Positions 18,724 through 26,560 of a DNA stretch of 64,000 nt are shown piece after piece. Below the pieces are notes generated by a model, which worked only from the letters and a program-made list of their open reading frames with translations, was not told the origin of the DNA and did no database searches. Numbering within the stretch: the first letter of the stretch is position 1; each line of letters starts with the position of its first letter. The stretch comes from an uncultured Anaerolineales bacterium. Lineage in GTDB: Bacteria > Chloroflexota > Anaerolineae > Anaerolineales > UBA11858. Both the position numbers and the translations under genes were made by a program. The DNA is taken from NCBI GenBank assembly GCA_964419495.1, contig CAYQQX010000004.1:5165-69164 (forward strand), in the 5' to 3' direction.

Positions 18724-19800
18724 TTACATCACATTGAAGTGAGTAAAGTGAAATACGATCTCGTCATTCATCAAGCCGAAGGTGTCATTACCATCAAGCA
18801 CCTGTCCGGTGTCGGCCTTAGCAGTCCAGGAAAATGTACGTGAATTCCCAGAGGCTGTGAAACCCGTACGTGTAAATGTGCCATTGGGCAGGATCTGATT
18901 GAAAACATTCTGATACCATGCTCGGATTTTATCTTTGCCATTGATTGTCCTCTGGGCATTGGTGTGTACAGCCAGATCGGAGTAAAGATCGACTACCTGG
19001 TTGGGATCGCGGCTGTTAAGCGCATTGATGTATCGGCCCGTGATATCTACGTGCATATCACCGAATACGTCTGCCATGAATTCGTCACGCTTCTTGATAG
19101 AGACATTCAAGTCGGCATTGGTCATGCCATCGGGGAATTGGGGATCATTGGTGTGGCGGTTGTAGATATAAAAACGCCCATCGCCGTGGTGGCTGAATTG
19201 CCAAAGGATAACTTTTTCTCCAAGCCCAACGTTAGTGGATGTTCTCGGAATTTTCCAGGCGTGGTCATTGACGAATTTGTCAAACCTTTTGTACAGACGC
19301 TGGATGGGCCATAAACTGCTTACAAACACATACCACGCAATCCACAGCGGGTACTGCTTGGCATCATTGATGAATCCGATGGTGCTCAGTACATCTATGT
19401 TGGAATAGAGGATCGGTTTCTTCCCGATTAGGGCTTCTAACTCTCCCAGGTAGCTGCGCAGCTGGTTGCTGGTTGGCGGCGGCGTACCTTGGCGTGGTGA
19501 TTCTATATCGACAATATATGATTTCTGGTTGGAGCCCATCCAGTCGACATATTTTTTTGCCTGGTTGACCATATTCAACTCGGGGTCAGGGAAGTGGTAA
19601 GTTGTCCAGGGAATGTCGTGTTGAATGCAGCCATTGACTTGCTCATCGAAAATATCCACTTTGTTGAACCCCAAGCCAACCTTTAGGATCACAAAATCAT
19701 AAACCCCAGCCTGGATGTGATCTCTAGCCAGCGCAAAGTTAGTCCCACCTCTCCTTGCATATTGATTGATATCGATACCAAGCGCTTGTCGGTCAGTCAT
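18724..19800 (-). CDS. GH25 muramidase (lysozyme) domain fused to C-terminal NTF2/SnoaL-like domain; no signal peptide
   Basis: 358 aa. GIDINQY...FVILKVG...YHF and IVDIE resemble the GH25 pattern. The last ~110 aa (INALNSRDPNQVVDLYS...WYQNVF) look SnoaL-like. Confidence 0.65.
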   Translation of the reverse strand: MTDRQALGIDINQYARRGGTNFALARDHIQAGVYDFVILKVGLGFNKVDIFDEQVNGCIQHDIPWTTYHFPDPELNMVNQAKKYVDWMGSNQKSYIVDIESPRQGTPPPTSNQLRSYLGELEALIGKKPILYSNIDVLSTIGFINDAKQYPLWIAWYVFVSSLWPIQRLYKRFDKFVNDHAWKIPRTSTNVGLGEKVILWQFSHHGDGRFYIYNRHTNDPQFPDGMTNADLNVSIKKRDEFMADVFGDMHVDITGRYINALNSRDPNQVVDLYSDLAVHTNAQRTINGKDKIRAWYQNVFNQILPNGTFTRTGFTASGNSRTFSWTAKADTGQVLDGNDTFGLMNDEIVFHFTHFNVM

Positions 19801-19926
19801 CTTTTTTCTCCTGATATTCAGAGTGAAGAAAGTTTAAATTTTTGATATTTCCTGTTACCTGGGGAAAGGATGGCGAATTTGTGATACACCAAACCAGAAT
19901 CCCAAAATGGAGTGATCTTGTCAAAT

Positions 19927-20439
19927 TTATTCGGAAGGTTCAGGTTTTGCCCCCATCCATTCAACGCCAAAATCGGTTTCTGCGTTCAGCCGTTCGTTGA
20001 GTTCGCCGGCGTGGCTCTGCAGGTGCCGGATGTTGTAGAATTGCAATTCCAGCTTATTAAGCGGGATCCACGAAAACCCAGATTCGGTTTCTAAGTTTAT
20101 TTCGTCAATCCTCTCATCAATCTGGCATTGAAAGAATTCCAAATATTCCAGCACTTCATCTATTGTGTATGGCTCCTCGATTTGCGGCCTTTCGAAGGGG
20201 GGCCAGGGCAGCGGGCCCATGAAGTTGTAGTTTTCCTTGGCTTTGTCCCAGGGGATGAAATTACCCTCAATTTGATAAATGTACAGGTGAGTGTAGAAAA
20301 TTGCGTGGTAAGCAATATGCCAGAATTGATTCTCGAATTTGTCGTCTACCCATAATTTATCGGGGCATTGCACAATGGCGCTTTTTAGCATTTCGATGGA
20401 CGCATGGTACTGAGATTTGATAACTGATTTGATCTCCAT
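19927..20439 (-). CDS. DinB-family four-helix-bundle protein
   Basis: Track ORF 19927..20457. ATG at 20439 follows AAGGAGG. Contains WHIAYHAIFYTHLY and a C-terminal IRHLQSHAGEL His pattern. Confidence 0.6.
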   Translation of the reverse strand: MEIKSVIKSQYHASIEMLKSAIVQCPDKLWVDDKFENQFWHIAYHAIFYTHLYIYQIEGNFIPWDKAKENYNFMGPLPWPPFERPQIEEPYTIDEVLEYLEFFQCQIDERIDEINLETESGFSWIPLNKLELQFYNIRHLQSHAGELNERLNAETDFGVEWMGAKPEPSE

Positions 20440-20492
20440 GTTAGCCTCCTTTCGCATCTGGATTAATTATAAATGATGTACAATATTTACCT

Positions 20493-21239
20493 ATGAATCT
20501 CTTTGCTGAAATCATCTCTTCCTTACCCCAAGGCGAAATTCGGGATGTCTGCATTGGACTGAATTGGACGGCAGTTGTTGTCGATGTCGATGGCCAAACC
20601 CAATGTGGATTAGCTTCGACTATGGGTGGTGATCATGATCACAGTGGCGATCCGGGTGTCCCGATGGCTGGTCAGATAGTTGGGTTGCCTACCTCTGCGC
20701 TGCTTGCCGATATTGATGGGATTGCTTCGCCCCGCAAGAGTCTTGCTGTTGCCACCCTTAACGCTTCATTGCGGCGCCAGCCCGAAACCTGGACAGAACT
20801 CAACGCTGTAGAGGTCATTGCCGAGCAGGGTCAGTCTGCTCGCATTGCCTTAATTGGTCATTTTCCCTTTGTAGATCGTCTCCGTGCTAGAGTAAAACAT
20901 CTTGATGTAATTGACTACAACCCTCTCGATGGCGATTTGCCCGCTGAAGCCGCGCCTGACGTACTCCCTCGGGCTGATTTCATCGCCATCACCGGTATAA
21001 CCTTGCTCAATGGCACATTCGAGTCGCTGGTGGCGCTTCGTAAACCTGGGGCGCAGGTCATGATGCTAGGACCCACCACCCCGCTCAGCCCAATAATGTT
21101 CGAGCATGGTATCAATATCTTGGCTGGCGCTATCGTAGAAAATATTGATGACGTGATGCGTGTAGTCGGTCAGGGCGGTAATTTCAGGCAGACCAGAAGG
21201 GCGGGGGTGCGCCTGGTAACACAAACTGCCTTAGCATAA
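20493..21239 (+). CDS. DUF364/DUF4213 (putative metal-chelation Rossmann-like) protein
   Basis: 248 aa. VCIGLNWTAVV...CGLAST and ARIALIGHFPF...DFIAITGITLLNGT match the family pattern as I recall it. Confidence 0.55.
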   Translation: MNLFAEIISSLPQGEIRDVCIGLNWTAVVVDVDGQTQCGLASTMGGDHDHSGDPGVPMAGQIVGLPTSALLADIDGIASPRKSLAVATLNASLRRQPETWTELNAVEVIAEQGQSARIALIGHFPFVDRLRARVKHLDVIDYNPLDGDLPAEAAPDVLPRADFIAITGITLLNGTFESLVALRKPGAQVMMLGPTTPLSPIMFEHGINILAGAIVENIDDVMRVVGQGGNFRQTRRAGVRLVTQTALA

Positions 21240-21276
21240 TCCACATCACTAATGAGTATTTTTATTTAGAGAAAAG

Positions 21277-21302
21277 CTCTGCGTTCTCAGCGTCTCTGCG
21301 GT
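21277..21302. repeat. Half-copy of 'ctctgcggt' (aaccgcagag) repeat family
   Basis: ctctgcgttctcagcgtctctgcggt. The same motif is found in hairpin form at 22032-22103 and 23893-23970, and degenerate at 30903-30930. Confidence 0.55.
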
Positions 21303-21308
21303 AAATAT

Positions 21309-22007
21309 TTACCTCCGCCGTCCCCCAATCCCAGCCACCAGCGAGGCCCAGTACAGTAACTGTAGAATTGCCGTAAAAATGGCAGCGACATAGGTCAGTG
21401 CGGCGGCATTGAGCACCGCGTTGACGCCGCGTTGTTCCTCCTCGGTGCGAATCAGCCCCGAGTTGGTCAACAGCGCCTTGGCTCGGGCCGAGGCATTCAG
21501 CTCAACGGGCAAAGTTGCCAACGAGAAGATCGCTCCACCCGAAAAGACTAAAACACCCAACCAGGCCAGATCTGTCATCCGTAAAAATAGACCGATCATG
21601 ATTAATATCCATCCCAGGTATGAGCCGATATTGACCACCGGCACCAACATGCTGCGGAAGCGCAAGGGAAAATATTCATCTTGATCTTGCAGCGCATGAC
21701 CCAGTTCATGGGCGGTGATAGCCAACGATGCTACAGAATTTCCTCTGTAGACGCCCTCTGAAAGGCGCAGCGTATTCGAGCGAGGGTCGTAGTGATCAGT
21801 AAGTTTCCCTCGGGTTCCTTGAATTTCAATATTATACAGACCCGCATAACGAGTGAGCCGCTGAGCGGCTTCAGCGCCGTTGATCTGGCTGGATGCAGGC
21901 ACACGCTGCCACTTGCGATATGTCGAATTGACATACAATTGCGCCAACATGGTCAAGATGAATGCCGGGGCCATGAATAGCAAGTAATAGGGGTTGTAGA
22001 AGAGCAT
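21309..22007 (-). CDS. Membrane zinc metallopeptidase (PF04298-type)
   Basis: 232 aa. The N-terminus MLFYNPYYLLFMAPAFIL...TDHYDPR and AHELGHALQD are typical of this family. Confidence 0.85.
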   Translation of the reverse strand: MLFYNPYYLLFMAPAFILTMLAQLYVNSTYRKWQRVPASSQINGAEAAQRLTRYAGLYNIEIQGTRGKLTDHYDPRSNTLRLSEGVYRGNSVASLAITAHELGHALQDQDEYFPLRFRSMLVPVVNIGSYLGWILIMIGLFLRMTDLAWLGVLVFSGGAIFSLATLPVELNASARAKALLTNSGLIRTEEEQRGVNAVLNAAALTYVAAIFTAILQLLYWASLVAGIGGRRR

Positions 22008-22031
22008 CTTTCTGTCCTTTATTTCGATTTT

Positions 22032-22103
22032 GCGCCACAGAGATCAGAGAGCATTAAGAGAATTGATTGGCATTTGCTCCGCGATCTCGGTGTGCTCTGT
22101 GGC
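22032..22103. repeat. Palindromic intergenic repeat ('gccacagag' / 'ctctgtggc' arms)
   Basis: gcgccacagagatcagagagc ... gctccgcgatctcggtgtgctctgtggc form imperfect inverted arms. Lies between the S41 stop and the metallopeptidase start. Confidence 0.55.
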
Positions 22104-22104
22104 T

Positions 22105-23652
22105 CTACTGGCCAATGATTTCCATCAATACCTCTACGGCTTTGTCGAGTTGGGGGTCGCGACCGTCTTGGATGTCTTGCTCGCTAAGGATGATGACCTG
22201 CTCTAATGGCAGACCGAAAGACTCAATATCGAAACCTTCGTCGACGGCAGCCTGAGAAATGGTCGCCAATGGATAATCCGGCTCCAGGCCGGTTTGATGG
22301 ATTTGACGCTCATTGGGGGTTAGCCAGCGTGCGATGGTAATGCGCACCGCGCCTTGATCATTGGTTAGTGGAATCCAATTTTGCACTGAACCCTTACCAA
22401 AAGAAGTTGTTCCAATCAGGGGGGCGCGTTCGTAATCCTGGATCGCTCCGCTGACAATTTCAGAAGCAGAAGCGGTGCCTTCATTGATCAGTACCACTAA
22501 GGGGATTTCTGTTGCCAGACCTTCACCATCGGCTTCATACGTGTCGCGTGTGCCATCACCATACTCTTCATAAAGTACGACACCTTCTCCAATAAACTCT
22601 GAGGTGACTTCGACAGCCGTATGCAGGAAACCGCCACCGTTATTGCGCAGATCGAAGACTAATCCAACTGGATCATTCTCGTAGAGATCCTCCAGGGCAT
22701 TGCGCAGATCTTGATGCGTGTCATCGCCAAAGTTGAACAGTTGAACATAGGCGATGTCGCCTTCGAGCATGCGGTATTCTACGCTAGGGATTGTAATTCT
22801 GCCGCGGGTAATTTCTACATCGAATGGATCCGCAACCCCAGCGCGCCGGATGGTTAACACAACCAGTGAGCCCGCGGGACCTAACACCCGGCGGATGACC
22901 AAATTGCCATCAATGCCGGTCATGTCATCTCCGTCCACGGCGATGATTTCGTCCCCAGGAAGCAGGCCGGCTTCCTCGGCGGGCGAACCAGACATTGGGC
23001 TGATGATGGTCAGATATTCTTGGTTTGGGTCTACCCAGGCGCCTATGCCTTCGTAAGTGCCATCTAAGGGGATGTTGGCCTGTGTAAATTGATCGGGGTC
23101 CATATAGGATGTGTGATCATCACCCAAAGCATTGAGCATTCCACTAATGGCGCCATAAAGTAGGGCTTGGTCATCGGGTTGGTGGGCGAAAGCCCAGGTT
23201 TCCCAGAAAGGACTGAATAGTTCCTGCAGTTCCGCGGGGGTGCCTGTTTCGTCACCGCTGGGGACAGGCATTGATTCGTATGTGGTGTATTTGGCCAATT
23301 CGTAGGCGCTCAACATGCCCTCGATAGCACCGTTCATCAAAGCTTCGTCATCCACGGGCTGGTCAACAAATTGCTCGTGAACGATATCCCAGGTTTCCCA
23401 AAAAGGAGCGAAGAGATCATCCAACTCATCGGCCGCGATGGTCACGGGTACTTTTGATTCAACTGTGGGGTGCCCGGGGGGTAATTCGGGGGTCTCTTCT
23501 GCGTTTACTGCCGTATCGGAAGTATTTGCCACAGCTGAGTCCGTAACAGGGGTGAAGAGAGGCGCTACTAATTGGCAGGCCATTGAAACGCTGACCAATA
23601 AAATTACGATCAGAGTAAGGCCAATATTTTTCTGGGTTGCGGTTTTCATCAT
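22105..23652 (-). CDS. S41 family C-terminal processing (tail-specific) peptidase with PDZ domain
   Basis: Track ORF 22105..23670. Signal/lipobox VSVSMAC, PDZ GLLPGDEIIAVDG, and catalytic region LINEGTASASEI...TSFGKGSVQ. The N-terminal helical segment is duplicated (FAPFWETW / FSPFWETW). Confidence 0.9.
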   Translation of the reverse strand: MMKTATQKNIGLTLIVILLVSVSMACQLVAPLFTPVTDSAVANTSDTAVNAEETPELPPGHPTVESKVPVTIAADELDDLFAPFWETWDIVHEQFVDQPVDDEALMNGAIEGMLSAYELAKYTTYESMPVPSGDETGTPAELQELFSPFWETWAFAHQPDDQALLYGAISGMLNALGDDHTSYMDPDQFTQANIPLDGTYEGIGAWVDPNQEYLTIISPMSGSPAEEAGLLPGDEIIAVDGDDMTGIDGNLVIRRVLGPAGSLVVLTIRRAGVADPFDVEITRGRITIPSVEYRMLEGDIAYVQLFNFGDDTHQDLRNALEDLYENDPVGLVFDLRNNGGGFLHTAVEVTSEFIGEGVVLYEEYGDGTRDTYEADGEGLATEIPLVVLINEGTASASEIVSGAIQDYERAPLIGTTSFGKGSVQNWIPLTNDQGAVRITIARWLTPNERQIHQTGLEPDYPLATISQAAVDEGFDIESFGLPLEQVIILSEQDIQDGRDPQLDKAVEVLMEIIGQ

Positions 23653-23892
23653 TTTCTCCTGATTCAACAAAAATCCTAATAAGATCTAGAGATAGGCACT
23701 TAATGCCTTTGAGTCTGATATGCAATCTAACCAAAGCGCTAGACGTGCAGCATTATAGCTATCTTAACTTATCACGACAAGATTAGCGCAAAATAAATTT
23801 AGTGTAATAGAGATATATGAGCGATGTGAAAATTTTATGTAGAATGGGGTTGCCTTTAGCCCCCAACATAGCCTGAAGTTATTACCAATATA

Positions 23893-23970
23893 AACCGCGA
23901 AGAGCGCAAAGATCGCAGAGATTTGTCAATTAAAACGTTTCTCTCGGCGCTCTCAGCGCACTCTGCGGTT
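23893..23970. repeat. Palindromic intergenic repeat ('aaccgcgaagagcgca..' family)
   Basis: Arms aaccgcgaagagcgcaaagatcgcagagat and tctctcggcgctctcagcgcactctgcggtt are imperfect reverse complements separated by a 17-nt loop. Confidence 0.65.
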
Positions 23971-24022
23971 AATTGGTGAGATGTTTTTCTATGCAACACT
24001 AAAGACGGAGACCCTCGTCAGT

Positions 24023-24835
24023 TCAATCCGCGTTATTCGCGTCCTGAATTTCTTCAAAATATGCCCGCCAACTCTCTGGGTTGCTGACCTGTTCGGTGTA
24101 GGCCAGGATTGATTGGCCATCCATGGGGTAGAGCGGGTGGCAAGAAGTTGGCGCCGCACCACGGGGAGTGTGTACAACTGCCTCGACCAGGGGCGCCACC
24201 AGATCGGCCTGGGTTAAATCAGGGACGATTTCCTCGGCCGTGATAATGACTGTTTCCGCCGTCAGGCAGAGTTCTTCGTCAACGGCTTTGTTTTTACCGA
24301 TTTGGGCATTGCCTTCTGCATCGGCACGCAGGGCATGGATCACGGCGACATCGGGCTTAATGGCAGGAAACGCCATCAACTCTTCGCCGTTGTAAGGGTC
24401 TGATATGGTGCACACGTCTGGGCGCAGTTTGGGTAGATCGGTGCCGATCCAGCCGCGCCCTGGCATAAAGTTGATGCCTGCCATTTGTGCGCGCAGCCCG
24501 AAGGCTAAGCTGGCCTCGGTTTCTTCTAGAATTTCAATTTCACCTCGATTGGCATAATAGGTAAACATGGGTGCCAGGCCAAAGATCTCCAAGCCAAAAT
24601 AGCAACTGCGTACGCGCTTGATCATCCCTGCGCCAACCAATAGATCACTCTCGTAGCCGGCCGTAAATGCGAACAGGCTTAGTCCTTTAGGTTTACCAGA
24701 CTCCAAAAATCTGCGTGCTAGTTCGATGGCAAAGGCCACTGGGCGGCGATAGAGAGTCATACCACCCAAAGAGAGTAAATCTCCAGATTTGACGAGTTGG
24801 GCAGCTTCTGCCAGCGATATTAGTTTATTGGCCAT
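24023..24835 (-). CDS. CoA-transferase family I, subunit A-like (no adjacent B subunit)
   Basis: 270 aa. LISLAEAAQLVKSGDLLSLGGMTLYRRP is a typical alpha-subunit N-terminus. The ~350 nt downstream is non-coding. Confidence 0.6.
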   Translation of the reverse strand: MANKLISLAEAAQLVKSGDLLSLGGMTLYRRPVAFAIELARRFLESGKPKGLSLFAFTAGYESDLLVGAGMIKRVRSCYFGLEIFGLAPMFTYYANRGEIEILEETEASLAFGLRAQMAGINFMPGRGWIGTDLPKLRPDVCTISDPYNGEELMAFPAIKPDVAVIHALRADAEGNAQIGKNKAVDEELCLTAETVIITAEEIVPDLTQADLVAPLVEAVVHTPRGAAPTSCHPLYPMDGQSILAYTEQVSNPESWRAYFEEIQDANNAD

Positions 24836-24870
24836 TTTTTATTGCCTAACTGCGAGTTAAATCCTGAAAA

Positions 24871-24936
24871 TGCCTGAGCGGACACTGAGCTGAACCCTGA
24901 GCCTGTCGAAGGGTGACGAAGTGGTAGTCGAAGGCT
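24871..24936. repeat. 66-nt repeat, copy A (near-identical to 31916-31981)
   Basis: tgcctgagcggacactgagctgaaccctgagcctgtcgaagggtgacgaagtg[g/c]tagtcgaaggct, with a single mismatch between copies. Flanked by aaatcctg ... caggattt. Confidence 0.9.
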
Positions 24937-24973
24937 TGATACAGGATTTTGCTCCGTTTATCGACAGCTTGAG

Positions 24974-25618
24974 TTATGCATCCCACAACTCGGGTACACC
25001 CTGGCGCAGGGCGTGGATATCTGGAATCGAACGATCCGCTGCGGGGTTCGATCCATTCTCACCAACAAATACGGTAAAGAACCCCGCCTCATGGGCAGGG
25101 GTTAAATTACGAATCGAATCATCGAGAAAAACACACGCCCGAGCATCAGGAGCCCGCGCAATTTCCAGAGCAAGTTGGTAGGCTTCGGCCTGGGGTTTGC
25201 AAAAGGGGTCCAAAGCCCAAACATCAACAATTCCATCAAAACAATCTTGAACCTGCATTTTGTTCAAAACTCTCTCGACGTGATCAAGGTCAGAATTGGT
25301 GAAAATCCAGCGATGGTGGGGGATGCTCAGTAAATTTTCCCGGAGATGGGGTTCGGGTTTTAGGTATTCATCCAAAGGAAGATCATGGACGAAATCCAGA
25401 TAATCTTGTTGATCAATGCTGAAATGAGCCTGCAAGCCGCGCAGTGTGGTACCGTAGTTGACGAAATATCTATGCCGCAATTCGGGAATTTCATCGAATG
25501 ACATGCCCATGCGCTCGTGCATATACAAGTCGATGCGCTGGCGGATTTTCTTCCACATGCCATTGGATTCGGGATACAGTGTTGAATCCAAATCAAAAAA
25601 TATGGTATGAATTTTCAT
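24974..25618 (-). CDS. HAD-superfamily hydrolase, pyrimidine 5'-nucleotidase-like
   Basis: 214 aa. Motif I FFDLDSTLY, motif II IFTNS, motif IV FLDDS. Confidence 0.85.
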   Translation of the reverse strand: MKIHTIFFDLDSTLYPESNGMWKKIRQRIDLYMHERMGMSFDEIPELRHRYFVNYGTTLRGLQAHFSIDQQDYLDFVHDLPLDEYLKPEPHLRENLLSIPHHRWIFTNSDLDHVERVLNKMQVQDCFDGIVDVWALDPFCKPQAEAYQLALEIARAPDARACVFLDDSIRNLTPAHEAGFFTVFVGENGSNPAADRSIPDIHALRQGVPELWDA

Positions 25619-25751
25619 CTATGCTATTTTACTTGCTCTTTGGGGTAGAGCAAGGGCTGGGGATCGCTGGGAGTGGAAATTTTCGTGGTGTTTAAACATA
25701 TAGCCTGGCTGGTTGGGCTTCGAGAACCTCAGCCCTCTGATCATCCGCTGT

Positions 25752-25810
25752 CTGAGCCTCTCGAAGAACGCGGAGTTTCGTCAGCCCCCCAATGTTGGGG
25801 GTATAGGGGG
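25752..25810. repeat. Composite repeat fragment (ctgagcctctcgaag + ccccccaatgttggggg)
   Basis: Shares ctgagcct.tcgaag with the 66-nt repeat, and cccccaa..ttggggg with the GC-rich family at 13290 and 60161. Confidence 0.5.
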
Positions 25811-25843
25811 CAACTACGTAACTCCTAAAGAATATATATGGCG

Positions 25844-26473
25844 TTAGGGTAGCGCCTGCTTCAGGTGGTGGATGTCCTTGATTGTTAAATCCGCCAAAGG
25901 CTGAACACCATTTGAACTGACCAGCACAGTATTAAACCCGCCCTCTCTGGCCGCGATGATATTCTTGGGCGCATTATCCATAAAAACACATTCACGGGGA
26001 TTATGGATCGCAGCAATATCCAGCGCTCGCTGGTAGGCTTCTTTCTGTGGCACGTAATAGGGGAAAAGACTCCAATAATCGATGATGCCAGCGAAACAAT
26101 CATCGATTTTGAGGGTGGAGAGCACACGCTGGATATAATCGTTGTCTGCATTGGACAAAATCCAGCATCGATAGGGGAGATTGAGCAGCGTTTCTCTGAG
26201 ACCCGGATCGGGGTGCAGGTAGTCGCTTATATGCAGATCGTAAATGAAGCGCAAATAATCCCACTGATTGACAGTAAAGTTTTCTTGCAGCCCCTTTAAT
26301 ATCGTGCCGCAATTATGGCTCAAGCTTGCCCGCAGTTGGGCGATTTGGTAATGGGATAACCCCAAGCGGTTCTGCAAGAATAAATCAATCCGCCCATCGA
26401 TGGCAGTGCGAAGCCGGTTGTTTGTGGGGAATAGGGAAGATTCTAGTTCACGAAATAAGGTGCTCAATTTCAT
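25844..26473 (-). CDS. HAD-like paralog with degenerate catalytic motifs (probable pseudoenzyme)
   Basis: Collinear with 24974..25618, but motif I is FRELESSLF (DxD to ExE), motif II is ILSNA and motif IV is FMDNA. Start taken at M75 of the track ORF (26473), because the longer version overlaps mutL. Confidence 0.65.
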   Translation of the reverse strand: MKLSTLFRELESSLFPTNNRLRTAIDGRIDLFLQNRLGLSHYQIAQLRASLSHNCGTILKGLQENFTVNQWDYLRFIYDLHISDYLHPDPGLRETLLNLPYRCWILSNADNDYIQRVLSTLKIDDCFAGIIDYWSLFPYYVPQKEAYQRALDIAAIHNPRECVFMDNAPKNIIAAREGGFNTVLVSSNGVQPLADLTIKDIHHLKQALP

Positions 26474-26560
26474 GAAGCGAATTTTACTGCTAATAAGAAT
26501 GCAAGTATGTAGGATAAATGTCATTGCCTGGGTGGTGCTATAATTCAACCAGGTGTACTT

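Noticed and set aside
23735-24022. Missing CoA-transferase B subunit downstream of 24023..24835
   Set aside because: I checked all frames by eye. The region is occupied by the palindromic repeat and AT-rich non-coding DNA, with no beta-subunit remnant recognisable. It is noted only as an orphan A-subunit-like gene.
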